Below are positions 38,723 through 48,904 of a stretch of 64,000 nt of DNA, in pieces. The position numbers and the translations under genes are program-made. Position 1 is the stretch's first letter. Each line of letters begins with the position of its first letter. The DNA comes from Abditibacteriaceae bacterium. Lineage in GTDB: Bacteria; Armatimonadota; Abditibacteriia; Abditibacteriales; Abditibacteriaceae. The notes under the pieces were generated by a model. It had not been told where the DNA came from. It saw nothing but the letters and a program-made list of their open reading frames with translations, and did no database searches. The stretch is taken from NCBI GenBank assembly GCA_965277285.1, contig OZ255721.1:3232001-3296000 (forward strand), read 5' to 3'.

Positions 38723-40285
38723 TTAATGCTTGAAGTGTCGCACGCCAGTGAAGATCATCGCAAGGTTTTCGCGGTCGCAGAGTGCAATCGAATCGGCGTC
38801 GCGGTTGCTGCCGCCCGGCTGAATAATCGCCGTCACGCCTGCCGTCGCCGCAGCTTGCGGCCCGTCATCAAATGGGAAAAACGCATCGCTGGCCAGACTT
38901 GCGCCGCGCGCGTTTTCGCCTGCTTGTTCAATCGCCAAACGGACGCTCGTCACGCGATTCATTTGTCCGGCGCCCGCGCCAATCAGCGAACCGTCGCGGG
39001 CAATCGCAATCGCGTTGCTTTTCAAGTGCTTGACGCATTGCCACGCATGAAGCAAATCAGCGAGTTCCGTTTCTGTCGGCGCGCGTTTGGTGACAACTTT
39101 CATATCGTTTGGCGAAAGTTCGTGCGCGTCGATGTCTTGCACTAAAAGTCCGCCGGAAACGCGCTTCCAGTCTTGGCGCAGCGTGGTTTTATCAGGCGTC
39201 GCGCCGGTTTCCAGCAATCGCAAATCGGCGCCCCAGCCCGAACGATTGCGCAACAATTCGAGCGCTTCGGGATCAAAGCCAGGTGCGATAATCGCGTGGT
39301 ACAGCGAACCTTTGACGATAATTTCTTGCGCTGTCGCCACATCGAGTACTCGATTGACAGCGATAATGCCGCCAAAACGCGAAACCGGATCGGCGTCGCG
39401 CGCTTTGACAAAGGCTTCGGCCAAAGTTTCGGCTTGCGCGCAACCGCACGGATTGGCGTGTTTCACGATGCACGCAGCGGGCGCATCGAATTCGCAAACC
39501 AGGTTCCAGGCGCCATCCAAATCGAACAGGTTGACGAAACTGAGCGCGATGCCGCTGAGTTGCCTGGCGCGCGCCAAAGTTCCCACAGCGGCGTCCTTTT
39601 CGCGGTAGAACGCGCCGCGCTGATGCGGATTTTCTCCGTAGCGCAACGTTTGCGCTTTCTCAAACGAGACATTCAATTCCGCCGGAAAGTCTTCGTCCGC
39701 ATCGTTCTTTTTGCCGCTGAGATAGTTCGTAATCGCCGCATCGTAAGCCGATGTGTGTGCATAAACTTTGGCGGCCAATTCGCGGCGCAATTCCAATGTC
39801 GTATCGCCGTTTTTCAACTGTTCGAGTACTCGATTGTAGTCTTGTGGATCGACGACAACCGTGACACTGGCGAAGTTTTTAGCGCCTGAACGCAGCATCG
39901 AAGGGCCGCCGATGTCGATGTTTTCAATCGCTTCTTCGTCGCTCACATCAGCGCGCGCGATAGTTTTCTGAAACGGATAAAGGTTGACGCAGACCAAATC
40001 AATCGGCGCGATATTGTGATTCTGAATCGCTTCCATGTGCGCGGGCACATCGCGGCGCGCCAGAAGTCCGCCATGAACGGCGGGATGCAGCGTCTTCACG
40101 CGCCCGTCCATCATTTCGGGGAAACCCGTCACGTCGGCCACGTCGCGCACGTTCAAACCGGCGTCGCGCAAGGCTTTAGCGGTACCGCCGGTTGAAAGCA
40201 ATTCAAAGCCGAGTTCGGAAAGTGCGCGCGCAAAATCCGCCACGCCACTTTTATCGGAAACACTAATTAACGCTTGTTTTTTCAT
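38723..40285 (-). CDS. purH: Bifunctional AICAR transformylase/IMP cyclohydrolase
   Basis: ALISVSDKSG, GRVKTLHP, IDIGGPSM, LRYGENPHQ, KHANPCG, SDAFFPF, GVRHFKH. Confidence 0.98.
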   Translation of the reverse strand: MKKQALISVSDKSGVADFARALSELGFELLSTGGTAKALRDAGLNVRDVADVTGFPEMMDGRVKTLHPAVHGGLLARRDVPAHMEAIQNHNIAPIDLVCVNLYPFQKTIARADVSDEEAIENIDIGGPSMLRSGAKNFASVTVVVDPQDYNRVLEQLKNGDTTLELRRELAAKVYAHTSAYDAAITNYLSGKKNDADEDFPAELNVSFEKAQTLRYGENPHQRGAFYREKDAAVGTLARARQLSGIALSFVNLFDLDGAWNLVCEFDAPAACIVKHANPCGCAQAETLAEAFVKARDADPVSRFGGIIAVNRVLDVATAQEIIVKGSLYHAIIAPGFDPEALELLRNRSGWGADLRLLETGATPDKTTLRQDWKRVSGGLLVQDIDAHELSPNDMKVVTKRAPTETELADLLHAWQCVKHLKSNAIAIARDGSLIGAGAGQMNRVTSVRLAIEQAGENARGASLASDAFFPFDDGPQAAATAGVTAIIQPGGSNRDADSIALCDRENLAMIFTGVRHFKH

Positions 40286-40438
40286 TTTTGATTAACCACA
40301 GAGACACAAAGAACACAGAGAAAAGTTTGGCGAAGTCCGCAGGGGCGTCAGCTTGCTGCGCCCGCGTTCAACAATCGACCAGAACGCCGACGTAGGGGTT
40401 TCGAGTACTCGAACTGCCTCCTGCATTCTGCTGACTGC

Positions 40439-41068
40439 CTACTTCTTTTTCACGAGACGGCCTTCGATGCGAATCTGGTCTTGCACGACGCGTTCGATAC
40501 ACTGCGCATACAACCGATGTTCCTGCATTTGCACGCGCGAGGAAAGCGTTTCGGGCGTATCACTGTCTTCGACGGGAACGCATGCCTGGCCGACAATCGG
40601 GCCGGTGTCGTAGCGTTCGTCGACCAGATGAACGGTGCAGCCGCTGACTTTGCAGCCGTGTTCGAGAACCGCTTTGTGAACTCGCATTCCATACATTCCC
40701 TGGCCGCCGAAAGAAGGCAGCAAACTGGGATGAACATTCAAAATGCGGCGCGGATACGCTTCCAGTAAAACGGCGCTGACACGTCGCAGGTAACCCGCCA
40801 AAACCAGAAACGAAACGCCTTCCTGATACAGCGCGTCGGCGATTTGATGTTCCCAATCGTCGGGGTTTTGAACCGAATTCGGCGGCAAAACCAGTGTCTT
40901 AATTCCGGCGGCGCGTGCGCGTGCGACGGCGCCATGTTCTTCGCTTGTCGAAACTAAGAGCGCGATGTGCGCGTGCAATTCTTCGCGCGCAATTGCTTCG
41001 AGTAGCGCGCCGAAGTTGGTGCCGCCCGACTTTCCCGAAACTAAAACGCCGATCTTTGCTGTCTTCAT
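40439..41068 (-). CDS. purN: Phosphoribosylglycinamide formyltransferase
   Basis: LAGYLR, ILNVHPSLLPSFGG, GCTVHLVDERYDTGPI, EH. Confidence 0.96.
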   Translation of the reverse strand: MKTAKIGVLVSGKSGGTNFGALLEAIAREELHAHIALLVSTSEEHGAVARARAAGIKTLVLPPNSVQNPDDWEHQIADALYQEGVSFLVLAGYLRRVSAVLLEAYPRRILNVHPSLLPSFGGQGMYGMRVHKAVLEHGCKVSGCTVHLVDERYDTGPIVGQACVPVEDSDTPETLSSRVQMQEHRLYAQCIERVVQDQIRIEGRLVKKK

Positions 41069-41117
41069 TTTGCGGTCTTCATCGAGTACTCGATTTCAAA
41101 AACGTCAGGAAAGTGCA

Positions 41118-42602
41118 TCAAACTTGTGTCGTGTCAGTCGCCGCCAGATTGGGATTGAGCGAAGCCGCGTCTGCACTGTCTGCCGCCGGAGTGTCGTGTT
41201 TGGGATGCGGCTCTTCGTGAATCCACAGCAATGTTCCCAGCAAGCATAAGGCGAACACCAACGCTGAAACCCAAAACCAGACGCTGATGGGAACCGTATC
41301 GCGCAGCTTGGCAACGACGACAACCGGCGTATTCGGCGGAATAACCTGGTGATGATGGCGGTGGAAAGCCGCACCAACGGCCATGCGAACGTGCTTTAAC
41401 TGCGTCATCAGAAGCCCGCCGGACGCGACCATCAAAAATGCGAACACCACGCCGACGCCTTGCGCCGTTTGCATCAACGATAAGGCTTGCGCCTGCTTGG
41501 TGTCATCCACCTGCAACGAAGTCAAGCCCAACCAGGCCGGAGTTCCCAAAATGTACGAAGCAGCCAGCAACAACATGCCCACACCGAACAACGCCAAAGG
41601 AAACGACAGAAATCCATGCGTCGGCTGAAAACGCCCGCTCAAAGCCGCGATGACCATGCCGGCTGTCGCCATTGCATAGGAAATCCAGACGGCTTTGGCG
41701 CGCCCGATTTGATCGCCGACGCGTCCCAAAGGCAGCGCGATCAGCACCACCATCAAAGCCGGAATAATGATGACCGTGGAAAGGTCTTTCTGCTTGATGT
41801 GAAACTGCGTATCTAAAAAACTGGGCATCGTCGGCCCCAGAATGCCCATGCCGATCTGTGACACCGCATACAATCCCATCATGCGCATCAGCATCGGGTG
41901 CGAGCGCAAAAACCCGACGGAAACCGTTTCACCTGCGGCGTTGGTTTCGGTCAATTGAGTACTCGATGTCGCCACATTCGCTCCGGCAGGCTTCTTATCT
42001 AAGGTCAGAAACGCCAGCACGAAACCAATCGCCATCAAGACGCCGCACAAAGGGAACACGACGCGATTGCCCATTCGATGACCCAGCGCCAATCCAAACA
42101 ACGGCCCAACTGCTAACCCCAAACAATACGCTGCGTTCAAAACGCTCATCGCGGCGGATTTTGCTTCGCGTGGAACCGAACGCGCCATCAATGCGCTCAT
42201 CGCTGGCCACAACGACGCGGCGGCGAAACCATCAATAGCGCGCAACGGAATGAAATGCCACCATTCGCGCGCTGCCAAATACATCAAAAACGGCGTGACA
42301 GACGAAATCGCCAGCGCGCACAAAACCAAGGGACGCGCGCCGATGCGGTCGGCCAGGCGCCCCATCGGATATTTGAAGATCGTCTCCATGCCGACGAAGG
42401 CGAGCAATGCCGTCGCCAATCGAGACGCGATGACTTGCTGCGGCTGATCGCGCAGCAAATCTTCTTTGAGGTAGAACTCCATCACCGCGATGAGTGTCGC
42501 CCACGCGATTTCGGCGCACACACAAATCGCGGCCAGGCGCGCCAAAATCGGATATTCGACGAACACGCCCAACGGTCCGCCGCGAGCTAAGAGTTTTTTC
42601 AT
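41118..42602 (-). CDS. MFS transporter
   Basis: GRLADRIGAR and GRVGDQIGR motif A; about 12 TMs. Confidence 0.9.
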   Translation of the reverse strand: MKKLLARGGPLGVFVEYPILARLAAICVCAEIAWATLIAVMEFYLKEDLLRDQPQQVIASRLATALLAFVGMETIFKYPMGRLADRIGARPLVLCALAISSVTPFLMYLAAREWWHFIPLRAIDGFAAASLWPAMSALMARSVPREAKSAAMSVLNAAYCLGLAVGPLFGLALGHRMGNRVVFPLCGVLMAIGFVLAFLTLDKKPAGANVATSSTQLTETNAAGETVSVGFLRSHPMLMRMMGLYAVSQIGMGILGPTMPSFLDTQFHIKQKDLSTVIIIPALMVVLIALPLGRVGDQIGRAKAVWISYAMATAGMVIAALSGRFQPTHGFLSFPLALFGVGMLLLAASYILGTPAWLGLTSLQVDDTKQAQALSLMQTAQGVGVVFAFLMVASGGLLMTQLKHVRMAVGAAFHRHHHQVIPPNTPVVVVAKLRDTVPISVWFWVSALVFALCLLGTLLWIHEEPHPKHDTPAADSADAASLNPNLAATDTTQV

Positions 42603-42679
42603 TGCGGAAAGTATGACAGGAAGCAGCAGCCGTTATCAGGAGGCAGCGGTGGTCGACAGGAAGCAGTTCGAGTACTCGA

Positions 42680-42710
42680 AACTCGCACTTTTGTCGAGAA
42701 AGTGCGAGTT
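42680..42710 (-). terminator. Hairpin downstream of tsf, adjacent to a palindrome copy
   Basis: aactcgcacttt-tgtcgag-aaagtgcgagtt. Confidence 0.55.
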
Positions 42711-42748
42711 TGGCGTGTCTTGTCCTGCCGACTGCCGCTGCCTTCTGT

Positions 42749-43621
42749 TTACTGGCTTTCCCCGACTTTGAAGCGCACGAAGCGCGCGACTTTGACGCCG
42801 TCGCCCAACGTGGCTTTGACATATTGCGTGACGCTTTGCTTGCCGGTCGAATCTTTGACGAAGGCTTGTCCCAGCAGCGTGTTTTCGCTGTAGAACTTGT
42901 TCAGGCGACCTTCAGCGATTTTGGCGAGCATCGCTTCGGGCTTGCCTTCTTCCGCCGCCTGCTTGCGAAAAATTTCTGTTTCTTTTTCGACAACATCCGC
43001 GGGAACGTCGTCGCGCGAAAGATACGGAGCTTTCAGTGCGACCGCTTGCATCGCAACGTCGCGCGCCACGTTTTCCAATGCTTCGCGGTTCTCGATGTTA
43101 TCGGCCTGCAATTCGACAATCGCCGCCTGCTTGCCGTCGGAGTGGACATACGAACCCAGAACGCCCGTTGTTTCCAGACTCGCCAGGCGCGTCACGACGA
43201 TGTTCTCGCCGACGATACCAATCGATTCCTTGACGTGTTCCTCGACTGTCCTGCCGTCGTAAGACGTCAAAGCCTGCTGCATAAACGTTTGCACGTCGCT
43301 CATGCCGCCGTCGGCTGCTTGCGTCGCCAGATTTCTGACCAGGTTCTGGAAGTTGTCGTTGCGCGCCACGAAGTCGGTTTCGCAGTTGATTTCGATCAGT
43401 GCGCCACGCTTGGCGTCGTCCGAAATTGCCACGCCAACTTGACCGTCAGCCGTCTCGCGGTCACCTTTGTTATCGGCGCGAACGTTCAGTTTTTCGCGCA
43501 ACCAGGCTTTGGCTTTTTCAAAATCGCCGTTGCTTTCGGCCAGAGCGCGCTTGCAATCCATGATTCCTGCGTTCGTCATTTCACGCAACTTTTTTACGGT
43601 TGCGGCATCTACTGTCGCCAT
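42749..43621 (-). CDS. tsf: Elongation factor Ts
   Basis: VKKLREMTNAGIMDCKRAL, EINCETDFVARN, FVRFKVGE. Confidence 0.98.
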   Translation of the reverse strand: MATVDAATVKKLREMTNAGIMDCKRALAESNGDFEKAKAWLREKLNVRADNKGDRETADGQVGVAISDDAKRGALIEINCETDFVARNDNFQNLVRNLATQAADGGMSDVQTFMQQALTSYDGRTVEEHVKESIGIVGENIVVTRLASLETTGVLGSYVHSDGKQAAIVELQADNIENREALENVARDVAMQAVALKAPYLSRDDVPADVVEKETEIFRKQAAEEGKPEAMLAKIAEGRLNKFYSENTLLGQAFVKDSTGKQSVTQYVKATLGDGVKVARFVRFKVGESQ

Positions 43622-43671
43622 TTCGAGTACTCCTTTGTTGTTCTTATTGGTAAAACGTCTCAGTCGCGCAA

Positions 43672-43699
43672 GTAGGGGCGAGGCATGCCTCGCCCCTAC
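43672..43699. repeat. GTAG-type REP singlet
   Basis: gtaggggcgaggcatgcctcgcccctac perfect palindrome. Confidence 0.8.
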
Positions 43700-43723
43700 G
43701 ATTTACGCAGTTATAATTTGTCG

Positions 43724-43999
43724 TCAGTGCAAAATGCCCTCAGATGGCGTTTGCGCGCTGCCTTCGCCTGCATCATCAATGTCGGTCGTGGTGCCTTCGC
43801 TGCCGCCATCTTCCGAAATGATTTGCGGCTTGTCGCTGCCAACCGCCCAACCATCGGCTTCGACTTCTTCCACCGAAACACGATTCGGGTCAGTGTTGCC
43901 AGCCATCGTATCGCCGCTGTGTTGCGTCGCCGAATCGGGATCGTTGGTGTCGCCCGCTTTGGAATCGTCCGCTTCCACGCTTTCGTTTGGGATGTTCAT
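43724..43999 (-). CDS. Small, highly acidic hypothetical protein between rpsB and tsf
   Basis: 91 aa D/E/S/T-rich; AGGA RBS upstream. Confidence 0.6.
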   Translation of the reverse strand: MNIPNESVEADDSKAGDTNDPDSATQHSGDTMAGNTDPNRVSVEEVEADGWAVGSDKPQIISEDGGSEGTTTDIDDAGEGSAQTPSEGILH

Positions 44000-44056
44000 G
44001 GCATTTTCCTATCCTTTTCTTCTCAAGATTCTTCTCAAGAGTTTTTTTAAGACCCG

Positions 44057-44131
44057 CAGTTTGTCATTCTGAGTGCAGCGAAGAATCTCACTTTATATAG
44101 ATTCTTCGCTGCACTCAGAATGACAAACTGT
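44057..44131. repeat. TGTCATTCTGAG-family inverted repeat, copy 4
   Basis: cagtttgtcattctgagtgcagcgaagaatct...agattcttcgctgcactcagaatgacaaactg. Confidence 0.88.
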
Positions 44132-44164
44132 GAAGTTCGGACGGTTGCAATCTTCAGATTTAAC

Positions 44165-45241
44165 TCAAGCGTTCGCGCCGCCCACTGACAAAGCCGGATC
44201 GTGGCTTTGTTCGCCCAGCGCGTCCGATGTCGACGGATTACCGTCGCCGCTCAAGCTGCTCGGGTTTTCGCCATCATTGCCTGCGCCGCCAGCTTCGGTG
44301 CGCGCGAACGATTGCGTGCCATTAACCACAGCGCCGTTGTTATCACCTGTAGCACCATTGGTGTTTTCGCCAGCGTTGTCGGCACTGTCGGCGAAAGCGG
44401 CGTTCAAATCGGTATCGCCGTCTTCGGCGTTGTGCTCGACCGGCGGCAATTCGATTTGCGGCGCGCCTTCAAATTCCAACTGACCGCCGCCAAAGTGCGC
44501 GGCTCCGCCAACAGCGCCTTGCATCGCGGCATCGGCACGCTGTTCCATCGCGCTTTGCGCCATGCCTTTGCCTTCGTTGATCGCTTCGGCCATCTGCGAC
44601 GCCATCAGTTTCACGGCGCGAATCGCGTCGTCGTTGCCCGGAATTACATAATTGATTTCATCGGGATCGCAGTTCGTATCGACAACCGCAACCAGAGGAA
44701 TCTTCAAGCGATGCGCTTCACGAATGGCGATGTGCTCTTTTTTGCAATCGACGATGAAGATGCACGTCGGCAAACTGTTCATGGTGCGAATGCCGCCCAA
44801 AGTCTGGTCGAGCTTTTGGCGTTCTTCGGTCAAGCGCGCGCTTTCTTTCTTGGGCAGCTTTTCCATCGTGCCGTCTTCGATCATCTTGTCCAAACGGTTC
44901 AATCGGTCGATGCGCGTTTGAATCGTCGGCCAGTTAGTCAACATTCCGCCCAACCAGCGATGATTGACGTAGTACTGTCCGCAGCTTTCCGCCGCTTCCT
45001 TGATGCTGTCCTGCGCCTGCTTTTTGGTGCCGACGAACAGGAAAGTCGTGCCGTTGAAGGCCATTTGACGGACTTGTTCGTAAGCGTCTTCGAGCTTTTT
45101 GCGGGTTTTGTGGAGGTCGATGATGTAAATATCGTTGCGCTCGCCGTAGATGTAGGTCTTCATCTTCGGGTTCCACTTGCGCGTGTGATGTCCGAAATGG
45201 ACACCGGCTTCCAACAACTCTTTCATTGAACTAACGGGCAT
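44165..45241 (-). CDS. rpsB: 30S ribosomal protein S2 with long acidic C-terminal tail
   Basis: [60 protein letters not shown]. Confidence 0.98.
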   Translation of the reverse strand: MPVSSMKELLEAGVHFGHHTRKWNPKMKTYIYGERNDIYIIDLHKTRKKLEDAYEQVRQMAFNGTTFLFVGTKKQAQDSIKEAAESCGQYYVNHRWLGGMLTNWPTIQTRIDRLNRLDKMIEDGTMEKLPKKESARLTEERQKLDQTLGGIRTMNSLPTCIFIVDCKKEHIAIREAHRLKIPLVAVVDTNCDPDEINYVIPGNDDAIRAVKLMASQMAEAINEGKGMAQSAMEQRADAAMQGAVGGAAHFGGGQLEFEGAPQIELPPVEHNAEDGDTDLNAAFADSADNAGENTNGATGDNNGAVVNGTQSFARTEAGGAGNDGENPSSLSGDGNPSTSDALGEQSHDPALSVGGANA

Positions 45242-45415
45242 TGTGCGTCTCCTTTGGGTTAATCCTCCCCCGAACGTTGCGAACATCAAAGCCTCTTTCG
45301 AGTACTCGATATTCGACCCAACACGAATCGAGGTGTGAATTTTTGAGCCAAAGAAGTATAGCGGAGCGGGGAAAGTGGCGCAAATTAGTTGAAGTTGTAT
45401 GCGATAATACAATTT

Positions 45416-45883
45416 ATGAATGAAGAGGAATTCAAAACCAAATTATTAATAGCTTCTATAAAAGCAGTGAGTTTTGCCCAGAAATTTGTTGTAGACCCTA
45501 TGCCAGCGTATTTTCGCTACATCGTCTTTGTTTTCGAGTGTCCAAATGTTGAGTATGTTGAAGGCAAGTTTGACAAATGGACTGTTCCGCTTAATGCCGA
45601 GCAAATTGCCACCTGTTTTTTAAGAACAGGACGTTTACCTCGTAGGATCGAAATAGGTGCACATTCTATTGAAAGTGGGTTGACTGTGCTTCGGCTTATT
45701 TCAGGGAACAATGATTTTGTAAAGACAGAAGATGAACTATTCAATCCAAACGACGGCCCTTTCAAGATTATTGGGCCAATTGCAGGCTGGAAGTATCCGG
45801 GTGTTAACGAAAGCAACCGACTACACCCGTCACCTGAAGGACGTGCAGCTCATGTACATCCTTTCATAGATTATTTTGACTGA
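45416..45883 (+). CDS. Hypothetical protein, AT-rich
   Basis: [10 protein letters not shown]... ORF; composition distinct from flanks. Confidence 0.6.
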   Translation: MNEEEFKTKLLIASIKAVSFAQKFVVDPMPAYFRYIVFVFECPNVEYVEGKFDKWTVPLNAEQIATCFLRTGRLPRRIEIGAHSIESGLTVLRLISGNNDFVKTEDELFNPNDGPFKIIGPIAGWKYPGVNESNRLHPSPEGRAAHVHPFIDYFD

Positions 45884-45923
45884 TTGAAAGCAAATCGAGT
45901 ACTCGATTCACTGAGAACGAAAT

Positions 45924-46325
45924 ATGAAACGAATCTACCCCAAAGGCCGTGACAACGTGCACTTTATCTACAAAGAAAAATGGGCGTGTTTTCGTTGTCG
46001 CAAGTGTTTTAAGCAACGAAGCTCAATGGAAGTCATGGGCAGAAAACGCTTGGAGCAAGGCGAAAAACGCGTCGTTTTATGTCCGCAATGTCGCAAGCCG
46101 ATGACAAATATGGGCTGGGATTTTCACGTTCCGAAACAAATGGATGTCGAACAATGGAAGAAAGTCGAATTGTTGGCAGAAAACGATTTTACATTCCATT
46201 CTCGTTGTCGCGGCCAATCGCACACATGTCCGGGATTTCGTCCCAGACGACTTCGTGATGTGAAACCATTTCTTGAAAAGCAGAAGAAATTAGAAGCCGA
46301 TAAAGCAAATCGAGTACTCGATTGA
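45924..46325 (+). CDS. Cys-rich (putative Zn-ribbon) hypothetical protein
   Basis: ACFRCRKCFKQ...CPQCRKPMTNMGWDFHVPK; homologous to 15371-15664; ends RVLD* in a palindrome copy. Confidence 0.7.
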   Translation: MKRIYPKGRDNVHFIYKEKWACFRCRKCFKQRSSMEVMGRKRLEQGEKRVVLCPQCRKPMTNMGWDFHVPKQMDVEQWKKVELLAENDFTFHSRCRGQSHTCPGFRPRRLRDVKPFLEKQKKLEADKANRVLD

Positions 46326-46380
46326 CGAAATTCGCTTGGCCTGCTAAAATGTTCGCGGTGTTTAAGAGAGGACAAAAACG

Positions 46381-46761
46381 ATGTTTGCATCTATTCGCGT
46401 GAGCGGAAAACAGTATCAAGTGGAAGAAGGCAGCGAGCTTTTGGTCGACCGTTTGGCGGTTGAAGAAGGCGCGGCTTTGGAAAATGTCGAAGTGTTGCTT
46501 TTGGGCGACGGCGATTCGATTCAAATCGGCACGCCGCTGGTTTCGGGCGCCACGATTGGCGCGACCGTGGTTCGTCATTCCAAGGGCCGCAAGATTCGCG
46601 TCTTCAAGTACAAAGCGAAAAAGAATTATCGTCGTCGCATCGGTGCGCGTCCGCATCAAACGCTAATTCGCATCAATTCGATTACGGCGCAGCGTCAAGG
46701 CGCATCGACGCCACGTCAAGAGGTCACTGCAAGTTCGAGTGCTGGACTTCAGGCGGCTTAA
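46381..46761 (+). CDS. rplU: 50S ribosomal protein L21
   Basis: [34 protein letters not shown]. Confidence 0.96.
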   Translation: MFASIRVSGKQYQVEEGSELLVDRLAVEEGAALENVEVLLLGDGDSIQIGTPLVSGATIGATVVRHSKGRKIRVFKYKAKKNYRRRIGARPHQTLIRINSITAQRQGASTPRQEVTASSSAGLQAA

Positions 46762-46796
46762 GACGTAAGTCAGTTTGAGACAGAAGGAGCATTTCA

Positions 46797-47096
46797 ATGG
46801 CACATAAGAAAGGTATGGGTTCGTCGCGTAACGGGCGCGATTCCAACTCGCAACGCTTGGGCGTCAAAGCCTTTGGCGGACAGAAAGTGACAGCCGGCAG
46901 CATCATCGTGCGCCAGCGCGGAACGTTGTATCATCCCGGGCACAACGTCGGTCTGGGTGTCGATCATACGATCTTCGCCAAAGTCGATGGCATCGTCACC
47001 TTCGAGCCGTCGCGTCGCGCCAAAAGCAGCGGCAAGCAGATCTCGGTGTATCCCGTTGTCGCCGCTGCTGAAACCGTCGTGGAACCAGTTGCATAA
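46797..47096 (+). CDS. rpmA: 50S ribosomal protein L27
   Basis: [32 protein letters not shown]. Confidence 0.98.
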   Translation: MAHKKGMGSSRNGRDSNSQRLGVKAFGGQKVTAGSIIVRQRGTLYHPGHNVGLGVDHTIFAKVDGIVTFEPSRRAKSSGKQISVYPVVAAAETVVEPVA

Positions 47097-47114
47097 ACTG
47101 CCGTAGCGACAACG

Positions 47115-47160
47115 AAAGCCGCGCATCGAACTCTTTTCGAGTACTCGATGCGCGGCTTTT
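47115..47160. terminator. Terminator hairpin incorporating the palindrome
   Basis: aaagccgcgcatcga...tcgagtactcgatgcgcggctttt between rpmA and a convergent gene. Confidence 0.7.
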
Positions 47161-47176
47161 TGTCGTCTTGGTTCGC

Positions 47177-48130
47177 TCATTTGTCGGTCAAAGCGAGTTG
47201 GTCGATGTGCGACAAGTGTTTGGCGCGCGCCCATTGGTCTTCGTTCATGCGGCGCACGCTGCCGTCCAGCATCAGAACGCCGCGCGAACCGTCGCTGGCT
47301 TCGTCATCTTCGTAGAAAACCACCATAAAAATGGCGCGCGAGCCGTATTTCGTTTTCACGCGCAAATGCGCTAGTTTTTCTTCGGACAGAAAAGCATTCG
47401 GCACATACAAGCGATTGGTGCCAGGCTGAACAAAAATGGCGGGATTTTCGGCGTAGGGCAGCAAATCGTTGCGCGCCTCTTCCGGCGTCTTCATGCGTGG
47501 CATCGTCGAGTACTCGAAATCGGTTTTGTAACTTGCCAGAGCCTCGTTGATTTTGCGCAAATACTTCAGCGACATCACGTTGAAATATGAAACGCTTTCT
47601 TTGCTGTCGTTGAACTCCGGCGACACGGAAGTTTCATCGAATGGCTCGATGTCCTTCAACCTCGCATATTTCTTCACTTCAGCCGAATGCAAAAGCGACA
47701 AGGACAACACCGTTTCAGGATGCAATTGGCCCTTACTGGCCGCCATCTGCTCGGCGCGATATTGCCACGACGACAGTTTGGAAACATCAAGCGGCGCGCG
47801 TTCGTAAGCCACCCAGTAATTCTCGCCGTCAATCGTCACGATCTGGCCTCTGGTGTAAAAAACCGTGTTTTCGTTATCGGTTTCCAGACTACTGTTAAAG
47901 TGGAACTCCTGCCACGAAGCGTTCATGTCGCCCGCCTTCACCGTCAACGGAATTGTTCCATCACCGATAAACGTCGCGCGATTTCCCGCGCTGCTCAAAT
48001 CGCCTACCGCGCGAACCGAAACCTTCGCTGCTCCAGCCTTTGTTCCCTGCGCCTCAACTGGCGCCACCGAAAAACCGAAGAACCATGTGCACGCCACAAC
48101 TCCCAAACCTTTGCTGATTCTCATCATCAT
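47177..48130 (-). CDS. Exported hypothetical protein with C-terminal xLDGSV motif (H-X9-DG-like tail)
   Basis: Signal-peptide-like N-terminus; C-terminal VVFYE...RGVLMLDGSVRRM. Confidence 0.6.
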   Translation of the reverse strand: MMMRISKGLGVVACTWFFGFSVAPVEAQGTKAGAAKVSVRAVGDLSSAGNRATFIGDGTIPLTVKAGDMNASWQEFHFNSSLETDNENTVFYTRGQIVTIDGENYWVAYERAPLDVSKLSSWQYRAEQMAASKGQLHPETVLSLSLLHSAEVKKYARLKDIEPFDETSVSPEFNDSKESVSYFNVMSLKYLRKINEALASYKTDFEYSTMPRMKTPEEARNDLLPYAENPAIFVQPGTNRLYVPNAFLSEEKLAHLRVKTKYGSRAIFMVVFYEDDEASDGSRGVLMLDGSVRRMNEDQWARAKHLSHIDQLALTDK

Positions 48131-48187
48131 CTCCCCTGAAACAAGATAATTGATATTATTACATTGTCTAATGAAAGAGTGCAAGGA

Positions 48188-48655
48188 TCAGCGATCGAGA
48201 AGTTTTTGCAATTTCGCGCGCAATTCTTTGATCAACGGAGCGTCGCGTTGCGCATCCAGTTTGAAAGGTTCGGCGGCGTTGCCTTGCGGCATGGAAAGCC
48301 AAACGGGTTGGAGAACGTTTTCTTCGTGGGCGTAACGCGGAAAAATATGAAAATGCAGGTGATGAACCTGGTTGCCCAGCATTTCATAGTTGAGTTTGTG
48401 GCACTTTGTCACGCGCGCAACCGCTTCAGCCAAAAGCGACATTTCTTCGAGGTACTTGAGCTTGGTCGCTGGCGGCAGTTCGTGCAGTTCGGTTGCAGGC
48501 GTTTTGCATAAGAGCAAAGAGTAGCCGCGAAAGAATTGCGAATCGCCCAATACGGCGAAACTGGTTTCGATTTCGCAGATTAAGCCCGGATGTTCACCGT
48601 GTCGGGCGCGTTCGATTTGCGCGCAGATGGCGCACGGGTTTTGGTGTTCGGCCAT
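48188..48655 (-). CDS. HIT-family hydrolase
   Basis: CAIC, GYSLL, LNYEMLGNQVHHLHFHIFPRY. Confidence 0.9.
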   Translation of the reverse strand: MAEHQNPCAICAQIERARHGEHPGLICEIETSFAVLGDSQFFRGYSLLLCKTPATELHELPPATKLKYLEEMSLLAEAVARVTKCHKLNYEMLGNQVHHLHFHIFPRYAHEENVLQPVWLSMPQGNAAEPFKLDAQRDAPLIKELRAKLQKLLDR

Positions 48656-48769
48656 TGCAGAAGTCCTTTTGTGGTGAGTTAAACGTTGCGTGTCTTGTGG
48701 CGTCTGCTTTGCTTCGTTCGATGGCTCAATCGAGTACTCGAAACTTCTCAAAAGCTGTTTTAGGAATAG

Positions 48770-48858
48770 AACACGGCCTTTGGACACGGATTGAACGGAT
48801 GAACACGGATCAAACAGAATTCTGATTAAATCCGTGTTTATCCGTTCAATCCGTGTCG
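48770..48858. repeat. ACACGGAT-type inverted-repeat element, copy 2
   Basis: gacacggattgaacggatgaacacggat ... atccgtgtttatccgttcaatccgtgtc. Confidence 0.75.
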
Positions 48859-48904
48859 GCACAGCCGCCGTGTCCCCATTCCAAATAATCTTAAAGGATT
48901 TGCC

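Noticed and set aside
45298..46325. Classical integron with attC sites
   Set aside because: No integrase in the window, and the 12-mer lacks the attC RYYYAAC...GTTRRRY architecture; retained only as a cassette-like hypothesis.
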